62,334 nucleotides of DNA, filler included, from a bacterium (GCA_027004335.1; 10 parts of 10 records of this genome joined end to end with filler, not necessarily neighbours in it), one strand, 5' to 3'; shown: positions 1 to 11,043, counted from the first letter of the whole stretch. A program made the numbers and translations. The notes: generated from the letters alone by a model not told the origin.

Positions 1-1
1 C

Positions 2-847
2 ATGGGAGCCATGCCTTTGGATGAAGCCCTCGCAGACAGATTCGGGTTTATTTTCTATTTTAATAATCCTCATGAAAAGTATCTCAAAGAAATTTTAATG
101 GTAAAAACAAAAGAGGATGCTCCACTTTTAAACAACGAAAATGAGATCTCCCCAGACATTGAATTTATGAAAGCGCTGGGATATTACAGGGTACAGTTAG
201 AAAGGAATCTTGAGGATTCTGAAGATCTGAGGGAGACGGTGCAATCAGCTGAGAGAGCATGGAAAACCTATATGCCCAAGAAATATATCAGCCCAAGAAG
301 ATGGAAAATAATTTACTACAACTTAGCAGGAATTAAGACAATAATGAGGAAATTAACACCAGAGCTGGTGAGCAACACAATTTTTTATTCTCTCCCCTTT
401 GCTGCTTATGATGAAGAGTTTCTTGAAAGATTACAGGAGGTAAAACATCTTCTAAGAAATATCATCGGTGGGAAAAAAAGGATCACCTTTTTCGGTAACC
501 TTCCCGGTGTCCACCAGAGATCCCCATTCAATATTGAAAATGAAAACGATCTTGAAGAATTTCTAAAAGAGCTAAAAGACCTTGGAGATAATTGGGAAGA
601 AATTGCAGAAGAAAGAGGATGGGTGTATATCATGATCCTTAAGTTTTTAATAACAGGATCCTATGATGAACACTCCAGAAACTCTCTCATTAATTTTGCG
701 AGATACTTCGGAAACAACTTACCCACCTCTCTCTGGGGAATTGCCTTCATAGCACAGAAGGCATTAACAAAAAGCAGGTCAAGACTGGACGAGGATCATG
801 TGTTAAGAACATATATTAAAACATTTCTAAGGAGGCGAATGCCATGA
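2..847 (+). CDS. MoxR/RavA-like AAA+ ATPase, C-terminal part (5' end outside window)
   Basis: Begins with the 'PLDEALADRF' sensor/arginine-finger segment typical of MoxR AAA proteins; same operon as a vWA protein. Confidence 0.7.
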   Translation: MGAMPLDEALADRFGFIFYFNNPHEKYLKEILMVKTKEDAPLLNNENEISPDIEFMKALGYYRVQLERNLEDSEDLRETVQSAERAWKTYMPKKYISPRRWKIIYYNLAGIKTIMRKLTPELVSNTIFYSLPFAAYDEEFLERLQEVKHLLRNIIGGKKRITFFGNLPGVHQRSPFNIENENDLEEFLKELKDLGDNWEEIAEERGWVYIMILKFLITGSYDEHSRNSLINFARYFGNNLPTSLWGIAFIAQKALTKSRSRLDEDHVLRTYIKTFLRRRMP

Positions 848-1932
848 AAATAATTGCCTACAAAGCCGAAGAAATTGAGAAGGGGATATATGCTTTTGTT
901 GAACAGGAAGAAGAGATGAATATTGATGAGATCATGTTCTTCAGGCCGATCATCAAGCATAGCTTTATTTATTCTCTGGAAATGGACCCATTTAACTTTA
1001 TAAAAAACTACTACAAAAATCTTTACAGAAAATTAGGGCTGGGCGAAATAAGTGACAGAATCCTCACTCTTGGATACGATTCTGAGATTACCATGGTAAA
1101 ATTTATCTCAAAAAACTTTCCCCAATTGCTCCCCTTTTTTGTCCAGTACTCTTCAGGTCATTCAGATGTATTCACTCTTCTTGACTCTCTTTTTAAATTT
1201 GCAGAAGACCAAAAGGTAAGAATCTCATTTCCACCACAACTTCTCAATCTTCCACTTCTTGCAGATATTCTGATACCCCCCTTCATAAAAATGGCATTCA
1301 AAAAAGACAAAGCAGATTTTGAACAGGACACATTCTATCAGCCCAGGAGATATATCTCTCATTATAGGAGGGGAAAACATAGGCCACCGCAACCCCCTGC
1401 GCAGAGGAATTTCAACGGCAGCACGCTGCTTTCCTATACACCAAATTATGAAAATATTTCCTTCGCTGTAGGTAAGATAAACAGAAAGAAGAAGGAAGTT
1501 AAATTCATCACAAAAATTCCAGTGAGTAGAGATATATATGGAGCCGACGGGGAAAGCTTTTCGGAGAAATATATCTATTACAATGGCCACGACTATACTT
1601 TTTATTCCGACATTGGGGAGACCGGAGATAGGGATTTTAACTCAATTTTTCTGATAAATTTTATAATCCTGCCATTTTTCAACCTTCAAGCTGATTATGT
1701 AATTATGCCCAAGGAGGATGAAGAAACAGAAGAAGCAAAATGGCCCGGAGCACCATATATGATCTTTCCATGGTATGCCCCTGTAAAGAGGAAAGATGAT
1801 CAACCTGAAATTTTCTCATCTCACCTGCCCAAGTTTGCCAATCAGGATGTTTACTTCCCGGGTGAACAACTATCAATTGTCCCCATAAAAATCAGCAAGC
1901 CTCTCTTTTTCACAAAAATAGTTACTACCTGA
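844..1932 (+). CDS. hypothetical protein (362 aa) in MoxR-vWA operon
   Basis: Long ORF with ATGA overlap to the upstream gene; no recognisable motif. Confidence 0.75.
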   Translation: MKIIAYKAEEIEKGIYAFVEQEEEMNIDEIMFFRPIIKHSFIYSLEMDPFNFIKNYYKNLYRKLGLGEISDRILTLGYDSEITMVKFISKNFPQLLPFFVQYSSGHSDVFTLLDSLFKFAEDQKVRISFPPQLLNLPLLADILIPPFIKMAFKKDKADFEQDTFYQPRRYISHYRRGKHRPPQPPAQRNFNGSTLLSYTPNYENISFAVGKINRKKKEVKFITKIPVSRDIYGADGESFSEKYIYYNGHDYTFYSDIGETGDRDFNSIFLINFIILPFFNLQADYVIMPKEDEETEEAKWPGAPYMIFPWYAPVKRKDDQPEIFSSHLPKFANQDVYFPGEQLSIVPIKISKPLFFTKIVTT

Positions 1933-1940
1933 GGAGAAAA

Positions 1941-3287
1941 ATGAACAGACTTGATATTCAAAAGATACTTAACAAAGCAAAAAAAATCTCCAAAGAACTC
2001 TCCAGACTTATAGAGTATCTCTTATCAAATGTATCCTCCGTTGAACTCGTAGATGATGGAGTTATATCCACCGCCGCTATAATCATGGAGGAAGAACCCA
2101 GAATATTAATAGGAAAAAATTTCTGGAAGAAAAAGGTTAATAGTTACGAGGACGCTGTAACAGTTTTTGCCCATGAAGTTCTCCATCAAATGATCTATAC
2201 AGAAGAGAGAAATGAGCTGGATAACAGATTTAACAATTTTGTGCAGGACATGTGGATCAATGGTTTTCTATTTGCAAAATATGGGATTGGTAAGAAACTA
2301 TTCAGGAGATTATATGGTCACTCTTCACCTTTTTTCCTTCTGACACCCGCGGGGATCATAAAAGAGAAGGAATCAAAAGCAATCAGAGAATTGTTTCCCG
2401 AATCGGATTTGAAAAGGAAAAAAATTAAACAAATCTGGCTGGGAGTTTCTGAGAATAGATTTACACCACCTCAGCTAAAAAGGCACCTTCTGGAACTTTT
2501 CCCACCTCAATTCATACCCCCTTATTTTCTTCCAGTTCGCACCTTTATTAATCACACAAAATTTCAAAAAAACACCTGGATACCTCTGGAAGTTGGAAGA
2601 GGAAGCAGGGGATTTTCTGAAAATGGTGGTGAGTCTCTGGAGGAAGAAATATCAGAGGTTGATTATGTTTACCACATAAACCAGCTGGTAAAGATCATAT
2701 ATAACTATTTCTCTCCTTCCGGGCAGATCAAGCACAGGATGCTGGAGGAAGAAAATGTAAAGGGAGTCATCCCCAGAATAGGAAGAAGAGAAATTATCAC
2801 CATTTCTCAGGGTAAGACCCCGGTTTTCTTTGACAGTCATGAAATATTTAAAACCACAAGCTACAAATCAGCGGGGATCTGCATTGATGTCTCAGGAAGC
2901 ATGGATGAATTCTATCCCCCTCTCTACTCTCTTATGAAAAAACTATCCAGCTTTATTGAGCCGCCATACTATATTTTCTCAACAAAAATATATGAAACAA
3001 CTCTATCTGATCTAAAGAAAAAAATTATAAGAACCACACTGGGAACATCCATAGATATCGTAATTGAGGATGCAAGAAAAAAGAGGTTGAAAAATGTTGT
3101 CATCGTTACAGATACTCTCTGGCATTTATCCGATGAAAATTTAAAATGGGCTAAAAACAATCTCAATTTGATCCTGATCATCATGGATAACACTGGGCCC
3201 GAGGAATATTTTGAGCTGCCCGATAGAAGTGAAGTAATAAGATTAAAGAAAGCAGGAGCCAGTGTTATAAGATGGTTCATAGCTTAA
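1941..3287 (+). CDS. zincin-like metallopeptidase + vWA domain protein (DUF2201-like)
   Basis: HExxH motif 'AHEVLH', MIDAS 'IDVSGSM', later 'GTS' and 'VIVTD'; GAGGAG RBS. Confidence 0.8.
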   Translation: MNRLDIQKILNKAKKISKELSRLIEYLLSNVSSVELVDDGVISTAAIIMEEEPRILIGKNFWKKKVNSYEDAVTVFAHEVLHQMIYTEERNELDNRFNNFVQDMWINGFLFAKYGIGKKLFRRLYGHSSPFFLLTPAGIIKEKESKAIRELFPESDLKRKKIKQIWLGVSENRFTPPQLKRHLLELFPPQFIPPYFLPVRTFINHTKFQKNTWIPLEVGRGSRGFSENGGESLEEEISEVDYVYHINQLVKIIYNYFSPSGQIKHRMLEEENVKGVIPRIGRREIITISQGKTPVFFDSHEIFKTTSYKSAGICIDVSGSMDEFYPPLYSLMKKLSSFIEPPYYIFSTKIYETTLSDLKKKIIRTTLGTSIDIVIEDARKKRLKNVVIVTDTLWHLSDENLKWAKNNLNLILIIMDNTGPEEYFELPDRSEVIRLKKAGASVIRWFIA

Positions 3288-3352
3288 CTCAGTCTCTGCA
3301 CTTGAACCTTCTCCCAAATCCATGCTATTATTTAACAACCTCGGAAGTAAAA

Positions 3353-3910
3353 ATGAATTATATAAAAGGTTCGCTGATTTCGGCCCTGCTTTTCCCACTG
3401 TTCATCTACAATTTACAGGGGGAAATTAACAAACCTCAACAGTTAGATGCGCAAAAACATATTAAGAAACTTGCTAAGAATTACATAGAGATCCTCAACA
3501 TAGACTACAATCCTGAAAAACTTCTTGAGACTGCTTCGCTTGCATTGGGAATAGTTCAAATAGTAAAGGACAAAAAAGAGGGTGTCCTTATAAAAGATTT
3601 CATGAAAAACATGTAAAAACATAATGATAGAAAGCGAGTATCAGATCGAGCAGTTCACTCTGAATGAGGAAACGGAAAAAGATGTTCTTGAGGAGATGCA
3701 TCGGATCTGATCCGTTATTTTGCCATTACCTCAAAGGAGATGGGCTGGGAAGGGTTACAGACACCCTTCATACCATATTTTGATCCAGCACCATTTAAGA
3801 AAGCAAATTTCCTGTTTTTCCCGAAAGATCTTGTAGTTGCACTTTTTCCCCTGAAAAACAATATAAGAATTGAAGAACCTGTAAAAAGTTTCTATTTTGA
3901 CTGGCGGTAA
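3353..3910 (+). pseudogene. degraded gene for a putatively exported protein
   Basis: Signal-peptide-like start (MNYIKGSLISALLFPLF), stop at 3616; protein-like reading resumes 3692-3910 after stops or frameshifts. Confidence 0.35.
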
Positions 3911-3962
3911 GATTCCCCATAAAAAGTTGCATTACTGAAATTTGGGAATAGAATATTGAAGT

Positions 3963-4829
3963 ATGAAAATAGGTGAATCTCCCTGTGATTTTCTTGGATT
4001 CCAGACGCCTTTTGAAGAAGCTGAATTTATAATACAACCCTTTCCCTATGAGTATACCACCACTTTTGGAAAGGGAACTGGAAACGGCCCGGAAAAAGTC
4101 CTTGAAGTTTCTGACTATCTTGAAATGTACGATGAAGAAAGCGGAACTGAGCCATATCTAAGGGGAATTCGCACAGCAACACCAATTGAACTACCTGAAA
4201 TCAAAGAGGAAAAAGATGTGGAGGAGGCGGGCAGGTTATTTCAAAAATATTTTGAAAATAAGAAAAAGCTACTCACCATAGGTGGTGAACATACAATTAC
4301 ATACCCCATATTTAAAGAAGCCTTAAAGTACTACCCAAAAACTGGTGTTCTCCACCTTGATGCCCATGGTGATCTCAGAGATGAGTATGAGGGTAGCAGA
4401 TACAACCATGCCTGTGTTATGAGGAGAGTTGCAGATACAGGTGTGAAAATGGTTTCAGCAGGGATAAGGGCTATTTCAGCAGAAGAGATGCAATTTATCA
4501 ACAGTAACAGCGACAGGATAAAACTATTTTTAGCTCATCATATATACGATAATACAGGATGGCTGGAAAAAGCCCTCTCCTTTCTTCCCGATGAGGTCTA
4601 TCTTACAATTGATGTGGATGTTTTTGACTCCTCGGTTATCAGGGCAACAGGAACTCCAGAACCTGGAGGGTTAAGCTGGTACTATATATTAAAATTGCTT
4701 AAGAATATCTTCCTCAGAAAAAATGTAATTGCTGTAGATATCGTGGAGATCTGCCCCGATCCGCCCTATGAAGTTTCTACCTATAGTGTAGCTAAACTGA
4801 TTTATAAAATTATCTCTTACTGGAAATGA
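3963..4829 (+). CDS. speB: agmatinase
   Basis: Ureohydrolase motifs GGEHTIT, HLDAHGDLR, TIDVDVFD, TGTPEPGG. Confidence 0.92.
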   Translation: MKIGESPCDFLGFQTPFEEAEFIIQPFPYEYTTTFGKGTGNGPEKVLEVSDYLEMYDEESGTEPYLRGIRTATPIELPEIKEEKDVEEAGRLFQKYFENKKKLLTIGGEHTITYPIFKEALKYYPKTGVLHLDAHGDLRDEYEGSRYNHACVMRRVADTGVKMVSAGIRAISAEEMQFINSNSDRIKLFLAHHIYDNTGWLEKALSFLPDEVYLTIDVDVFDSSVIRATGTPEPGGLSWYYILKLLKNIFLRKNVIAVDIVEICPDPPYEVSTYSVAKLIYKIISYWK

Positions 4830-5969
4830 GTAAAATTAGAATCATCATTATCCTCTTAGCTATTGCACTGATTGCATACCATGACTATCTGCTTTTTTCC
4901 ACAAGGAAAACTGTTTCAATAACCCCTGCTAAATTTTCTCAGGAAAAATTTGGCAAAAAAATAAAACTTAAAGAGAGAGGAAAACCCTTCAGGTACTGGG
5001 AAGTTGTCAANNNNNNNNNNTGGAAATCTTATCGGGATCGTTTTTTACACCCGGGATGCAGGAATAAGGGTAAATGGTTATGGGGGGCCATTAAACTTGA
5101 TCGTTGCAATGTCCCCTTCGGGAAAGGTAATTGACATAGATCTCAGAGAAAACTACGAGACTCCCTCCTACCTTGCTAAGTTAAAGGATTTTTTACAATC
5201 TTTCAAAAATAAAACTATTGGTGAGATCTCCCATATTGACACAGTTGCTGGAGCAACTGTGAGTTCAGAAGCTATCAAAAAAAGTGTGCTTTTAGCAGCA
5301 GAAAAAGCTGGTAGACTTATTCTAAATCAGGAGGGCAAAAGTATATCCGGGGGGAAAATATCACTCAAGGTTATCGCAGGAATAGTAATTTTTTCCCTTT
5401 TCTTTTTACTCTATTATTTGAAAAGAACCAGAGCAACCCGCCTTTTGCTTGATGTAATCTCACTGGCAATTCTTGGATTTTACCTCAACCTTCCTCTCTC
5501 GCTTGATCATATTTTCAAATTTCTTGAGTTGAATTTTCCCGATATAATTTCAGGGATAGGAATTATAGTCATTGCAATTGTTGCTTTCCTTCCAGCAATT
5601 GGAGGGAATAACATCTACTGCCGTGAAATCTGCCCCTTTGGCGCATATCAGCGGCTATTAGCTGCAATTTCCCCTGTTAAACTCAAACCATCACCTTCTT
5701 TAAAAAGAAAAAGCACCCGTATAAGAGATATTATTCTACTCCTCCTCATTATCCTTCATTTTGGATTGAATCTGAAAGGGCTTACCACTGTAGAACCTTA
5801 CTCTTCATTTTTTACACTGGAAGTATCAGGGGGTTTCTTAATATATGTTATTGTAATCACAATAATCTCCTTATTTTACCCCATGTTCTGGTGCAGTTAC
5901 CTCTGTCCTACAGGAGCATTTCTTGACGGAATAAAAATTCACTCACCCCGCAGAAAGAGATCTCCGTAA
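4826..5969 (+). CDS. FMN-binding (RnfG/NosR-like) + 4Fe-4S-binding membrane protein; interrupted by the 10-N scaffold gap at 5011-5020
   Basis: GYGGP, ETP, flavinylation motif 'DTVAGATVSS', two CxxxCP motifs (CREICPFG, CSYLCPTG), TM helices. Confidence 0.8.
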
Positions 5970-7414
5970 TCTTTTAGCATCGGGGGAGTTATTGCATTTT
6001 TCTCAGCAATATCTCCGTAAACTTCTCCTCCTTCAGTCAATATCCGCTTAAAACCATGCTTGTAGTCTACAGTGTAGAGACCAAAACGGGGATAAAAACT
6101 TCCCCACTCATAGTTATCCATCAAAGACCAGTGGAGATAACCTCTTACATCTATCCCATCCTGAATTGCTCTCCACAACCAGTATAGATGAGAAACTATG
6201 AACTCTGCCCTGAACTTACCTGAATGAGTGGCAACTCCATTTTCAGTGATGTAGAGGGGTAGATGGTAACGATCATATGCCAGCTTGAGCACATGGTAGA
6301 TCCCTTCAGGATATACAACCCAGCCCATATCTGTTGTTATGCTATTTTTAACCTGGCACTCTGACGGACCTATAGTTATATAATAAGCTATACAGGGAAA
6401 AGCATGAAGATAATCAAGATCATCAAAATTCACCACCTTTGTCAGAGAATAATAATTTACCCCGATCCAGTCAAGAGTTCTGTCTGTTGTGGGATAAACA
6501 TAATCATACCTGCCATCAAGGTCAAAATCCACCTTACCGAACATTGCTCCATCCAGAAAAATTAAATTAAGCATGTAGGTTACTCTCCATGCTGCATCCA
6601 TATCTTCAATACCCACAGGCTGATAGTCATTCATATTCTGAGCAACTCCCACACTGGCAGCAACACCATCACCGTCAGCATCAATAGTGTCGTACTGATG
6701 TATTATTTTATATGCTTCCCTCTGAGCTTTTATCACATTTTTCATTGCTGGATAAAAATAATGGTCAAAATGAAAAAGATCCCCATAACCTGGTGGTCCT
6801 ACTCCCAGCCAGTACCCCGTCATGGTGAATATATTGGGTTCATTGAAGATCATCCAGTAATCAACTTCATTTCCATACTCTTCAGCCATTTTTTTAACAA
6901 ATCCAAGGAAAGCAGTCACAGCAAAATCACTGATCCAGCCAGGATACTGTGTAACATTGGCAGGATCTTCCACCCAGAGAGGGGTTGTAAAATGGTGAAG
7001 ACACACAACAGGGCGGATACCGTTTTCCCTGAGATCCTCTATTACCTTATGATAATGTTCAATCGCCTTTTCATCCCAGACATTGTAGGCTGGTTCAACT
7101 CTACCCCATTCAATGGAAAAACGGTATGTATTCATATGGATTTTTTTCATAAGCTTTGTATCCGTTTCGTACATAGCATATCCGTTGGAAGCAAGACCGG
7201 GCATATCCTCAGTCTTTCCCATTTCAGCCCATCTGTACCAATTTACATTTGTATCATTGCCCTCAATCTGGAAAGCTGCAGTGGAAGTCCCCCACCAAAA
7301 ATTATCTGGAAAGGCCAGAGAGGTGCCCTCTGAAGTGAGCTCTGGATTTTTGCTTTCGCATGCAGTCATAAAAAGCAGTAATACCAGAAAAGGGATCAAT
7401 AAAATTTTTTTCAT
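5939..7414 (-). CDS. glycoside hydrolase family 1 (beta-glucosidase-like), predicted lipoprotein
   Basis: FWWGTSTAAFQIEG, acid/base 'FNEP', nucleophile 'ITENG', 'WSLMDNYEW'; N-terminal lipobox-like MTAC. Confidence 0.92.
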   Translation of the reverse strand: MKKILLIPFLVLLLFMTACESKNPELTSEGTSLAFPDNFWWGTSTAAFQIEGNDTNVNWYRWAEMGKTEDMPGLASNGYAMYETDTKLMKKIHMNTYRFSIEWGRVEPAYNVWDEKAIEHYHKVIEDLRENGIRPVVCLHHFTTPLWVEDPANVTQYPGWISDFAVTAFLGFVKKMAEEYGNEVDYWMIFNEPNIFTMTGYWLGVGPPGYGDLFHFDHYFYPAMKNVIKAQREAYKIIHQYDTIDADGDGVAASVGVAQNMNDYQPVGIEDMDAAWRVTYMLNLIFLDGAMFGKVDFDLDGRYDYVYPTTDRTLDWIGVNYYSLTKVVNFDDLDYLHAFPCIAYYITIGPSECQVKNSITTDMGWVVYPEGIYHVLKLAYDRYHLPLYITENGVATHSGKFRAEFIVSHLYWLWRAIQDGIDVRGYLHWSLMDNYEWGSFYPRFGLYTVDYKHGFKRILTEGGEVYGDIAEKNAITPPMLKDYGDLFLRGE

Positions 7415-7426
7415 AGCACCCTCCTG

Positions 7427-7981
7427 TTAAAGTGAACTGAGCTCTTTTTTAAAAAGATCAGATGATTCAGCATCAATATTACAGAACCTTATCTCTTTCA
7501 GTGTAGTATCGGGGTGTTTCTCCAGCCATTCAATTGTAGCCTTCACAATAATATGTGCTCCCCTACTCTTGGGAAATCCGAAAATCCCTGTACTTACAGC
7601 AGGAATAGCCACAGAGGAGATTTCTAATTTATCAGCTTCTCTCAAAACACTTTGGATCGCCCTGTAAAGTTTATTATCCTCATCTCCTTCCCCCCATCTT
7701 GGTCCTACAGTATGAATAACATATTTTGCCTTTAATTTCCCTGCCCCCGTTACCACAGCATCACCAACTGGAATGGGTCCTCTTTCCTTAACTATTTTGT
7801 TACTTTCCTCCTGGATCTCATATCCACCTCTTCTAACAATGGCTCCAGCAACACCACCTCCATGAGCAAGGTGAGAATTTGCAGCGTTGGTGATGGCATC
7901 CATATCCTGCGCTGTAATATCACCCCGGCAGACGACAAGTTTGACTTTACCATTCCAGAGATACTCTTTTAATACTTCCAT
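7427..7981 (-). CDS. macro domain protein (O-acetyl-ADP-ribose deacetylase family)
   Basis: [35 protein letters not shown]. Confidence 0.93.
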   Translation of the reverse strand: MEVLKEYLWNGKVKLVVCRGDITAQDMDAITNAANSHLAHGGGVAGAIVRRGGYEIQEESNKIVKERGPIPVGDAVVTGAGKLKAKYVIHTVGPRWGEGDEDNKLYRAIQSVLREADKLEISSVAIPAVSTGIFGFPKSRGAHIIVKATIEWLEKHPDTTLKEIRFCNIDAESSDLFKKELSSL

Positions 7982-7996
7982 CTAATCACCTCCTTT

Positions 7997-9814
7997 TTAA
8001 TCTGGAGGATAAAGTGCTTCAAGTTGATCCTGATATTTTGAAACAACAACATTCTTCTTAACCTTCAGTGTAGGAGTTATTTCACCAGTTTCAATACTGA
8101 ATTCATGATCAGCAAGGATAAAATACTTTATGGTCTCATAGGAGGGGAGATACTCGTTATATTTTTCTACAAGTTCATTGTAAAATTCAATTACTTCTGG
8201 CATCTGTGTTAACTCTTTCAAACTTGAATATGTTAATTCCTTCTCCTTTGCCCAGTTCTCAAGTTCCTCCTGATTGGGAGAGATCACAGCTGTTAGAAAT
8301 TTTTTCTGGTCACCATAGGGAACAATATGTGAAATATATTTACACCGGCCAAAAACATTCTCAATCTCCTGAGGTGAAATATTCTTACCACCAGCAGTGA
8401 TAATAAGCTCCTTCTTTCTGCCTGTTATCTTCAAATAGCCATCTTCATCAACTTCGCCTAAATCCCCCGAATGGAGCCAGCCCTCTTCATCAATGGTTTT
8501 CTTTGTTTCCTCTCCATTTTTATAATAACCGGCAAAAACATTGGGACCTCTCATGAGGATCTCTCCATCCTCAGCGATCTTTATCTCAACAGAAGGAAGA
8601 GGTTTGCCAACTGTACCAATTTTATAATTATTTGGGGTATTCATGGTAGCAGGAGCCATACACTCTGTCATCCCGTACCCTTCAAAGAGAGGGATTCCCA
8701 GGGATTTGAAAAACTTTATAATTTCAGGAGAGAGGGGAGCTGCTGCAGTTATACCAAATTTAAGCCTGCCGCCCACAGCTTCCTTTAATTTATCAAAAAC
8801 AAGTTTCTCAGCTATCTTATACTGGATTTTTAAGCTCAGAGGAGGGTTCTTTTTCCGTTCCTCATACTCAACCCACCTTTCTCCCACCTTTTTAGCCCAG
8901 TTAAAAATTTTCTTTTTCAATGGTGATGATTCCTCAATCATCTGATTGATCCTCATATAGAGCTTCTCATAAACCCTGGGTACGCCAGGGAGAAGAGTTG
9001 GTTTTATATCTCTCAAATTTTCTCCCACCTTATCAAGAGACTCAGCCACTCCGTAGATTAGCCTCTGGGCAACAGCACCAAAAACATTTATCCTCTCATA
9101 AGCATGAGAAACAGGTAGATACCCAATGGTCACCTCCCCCTCTTCATGCTCAAGGATATTACCTACATCTCTTGCATTTGACATAATATTCCTATGCATG
9201 ATCATTGCACCTTTGGGTAGCCCTGTGGTACCAGAGGTGTATATAATTGTTGCAATATCTTCCTCTGTAATTTTATCAAGCCACTCTTTGTAGAGCTCAG
9301 GATTTTTATTCTTCTCTTCTTCACCAATTTTCAACAACTCCTCCCATTGCATTAGCCATTTATCTTCCTTCATTGATTCCTCATAATCATAGACAATTAC
9401 TTTCTTTATACTGTAAAGTTTATCCCTTATCTTATAAAGTTTCTCCACCTGCTCCCTGTTTTCAGCGAAAACTATGATAGAATCTGAATGATTAATAATG
9501 TACTCAATGTTATGAGGTAATAATGTGGGATAAACAGGAACTGTTATTGCCCCTATGGTCATTATCCCAAAATCAGACATAATCCATTCAAAGCGGGTTT
9601 GAGCTATTATCGCAACCTTATTACCCTTTTTAATATCAAGGGAATAAAGTGCATAGGCAACATTTAAAACAATATCTGCTGCTTCTTTCCATGTAACCTT
9701 AACCCATTTCCCCTCTCTTTTAAACATGTAAGCAATACCATCAGGAGCATCCTTTACATTTCCAAAAAGGCAATGTACAACTGTCTTTTCCGGTCTGTTA
9801 CTTAAGTCCATCAT
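7997..9814 (-). CDS. long-chain fatty acid-CoA ligase
   Basis: AMP-binding YTSGTTGLPKG, EGYGMTE, SGDLG, GRKKELIITAGGKNISP. Confidence 0.92.
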   Translation of the reverse strand: MMDLSNRPEKTVVHCLFGNVKDAPDGIAYMFKREGKWVKVTWKEAADIVLNVAYALYSLDIKKGNKVAIIAQTRFEWIMSDFGIMTIGAITVPVYPTLLPHNIEYIINHSDSIIVFAENREQVEKLYKIRDKLYSIKKVIVYDYEESMKEDKWLMQWEELLKIGEEEKNKNPELYKEWLDKITEEDIATIIYTSGTTGLPKGAMIMHRNIMSNARDVGNILEHEEGEVTIGYLPVSHAYERINVFGAVAQRLIYGVAESLDKVGENLRDIKPTLLPGVPRVYEKLYMRINQMIEESSPLKKKIFNWAKKVGERWVEYEERKKNPPLSLKIQYKIAEKLVFDKLKEAVGGRLKFGITAAAPLSPEIIKFFKSLGIPLFEGYGMTECMAPATMNTPNNYKIGTVGKPLPSVEIKIAEDGEILMRGPNVFAGYYKNGEETKKTIDEEGWLHSGDLGEVDEDGYLKITGRKKELIITAGGKNISPQEIENVFGRCKYISHIVPYGDQKKFLTAVISPNQEELENWAKEKELTYSSLKELTQMPEVIEFYNELVEKYNEYLPSYETIKYFILADHEFSIETGEITPTLKVKKNVVVSKYQDQLEALYPPD

Positions 9815-9969
9815 CTTTTTACTCCTCCCTGGTTAATTTTTTAATAATCTGTCTTACTGATTTTAGCATAAAAAATCTCACAAATGAACCCCCCGTCTTT
9901 CCTGATATCACATGGAAAAATAATGAGATTTATTTTCAATCCTTGTATTCTTCATCTATGGCCCTTTAA

Positions 9970-10516
9970 GGGAGTTATAATATTTTTGTGTAAGGGATAT
10001 AATAGAGGGAAACGAAAAACCTCACAAAAGGTGGCATTCCAATGTCTGAAAAATTATTACCTGATCTTGTTAGTATGATACTCAATGAGACGGGTAATTT
10101 CAAGAAAATTGCTACAAAAGAATTGACAGAGACCTTACTTTCTGCAATTCTCAATCTTATAATGAAGATAGAAAGAGATATTCATCTACAAGACATTCAA
10201 GACTCTAAGAACGGATTTTACCCCATGAGTTTTTCATTTTGGGTTTTTATATCCATGGATGCTAAGGTGCTTGATATCAGGAAAGGAGAAAATGAGGTAA
10301 AAAAGGCGATTTTGTTTAGTGCTAGTTAAATAACATTTCTAAAGAACATCCGCATTTTGCAAAGAAGTTAAGAGAAGATGCAGATAGATACCTCACATTT
10401 ACCCAATTTCCTAAAGAAATAAGAAGCCGTATAAAATCAACCAACGCATCAGAAAATTTACACAAGGAGGAGTTAGCATGAAACTACATTTTTACACAAA
10501 AAATTTGACAACTGCC
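9970..10516 (+). mobile_element. internally deleted IS256-family element (transposase remnant between imperfect terminal inverted repeats)
   Basis: Fragments 'ERDIHL..SKNGFY', 'MDAKVLDIR..EVKKA' (10042-10329) and 'YLTFTQFPKEIRSRIKSTNASENLHKE' (~10390-10470); ends GGGAGTTATAATATTTTTGTGTAA (9970-9993) and TTTACACAAAAAATTTGACAACTGCC (10491-10516). Confidence 0.75.
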
Positions 10517-10814
10517 GAACCCTCAATATAAAGATTCCCAATCACACTTCCCTTGCCTGTAACTTCCCAATATCCTCCGTGATGTCCTGATACATAGGAA
10601 AATGTTAATCAATCTATATTTATTGTTCCCTTTGCTTCTCCATCAGGACTACCATCGCTATAAAAAAACCATGTTGCAGTACTTATAGCATGAAAGAAAA
10701 ACATGGAAAAATCTATATCTTTGGGTATGAGAAATATAGTAACACTCCAAAAATAAGGAAACAGATAAACTACCTTGTATGAAAAGCTGAAATAATCCCT
10801 CCAAAGTAAATAAA

Positions 10815-10890
10815 TGGCAGCCCCTGAGGGGATCGAACCCTCGTTTCCGGACTGAGAATCCGGCGTCCTAGGCCACTAGACGAAGGGGCC
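10815..10890 (-). tRNA. tRNA-Glu(CTC)
   Basis: Cloverleaf GGCCCCT...AGGGGCT-GCCA, anticodon arm CCGGA-TTCTCAG-TCCGG, T-loop GGTTCGATCC. Confidence 0.96.
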
Positions 10891-10906
10891 ACTCTAAAAC
10901 AAAAAA

Positions 10907-10980
10907 TGGCTGAGGGGGGAGGATTCGAACCTCCACTACCGGGGCCAGAACCCGGCGTCCTGCCATTAGACGACCCCTCA
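10907..10980 (-). tRNA. tRNA-Gln(CTG)
   Basis: TGAGGGG...CCCCTCA-GCCA, anticodon arm CCGGG-TTCTGGC-CCCGG, GGTTCGAATCC. Confidence 0.96.
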
Positions 10981-11043
10981 ACTATGATTTAAATTATATA
11001 AGAACCAGAAATCTACGCAAGAGGAAGAGGTAGGTGTATAAAG

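Noticed and set aside
4826-5969. Apparent frameshift splitting the FMN-binding/Fe-S gene
   Set aside because: The break coincides with a 10-N scaffold gap; most likely one gene
6698-7430. Antisense ORFs over the GH1 gene, and the many similar shadow ORFs in the track
   Set aside because: They lie opposite well-supported genes and have no motifs
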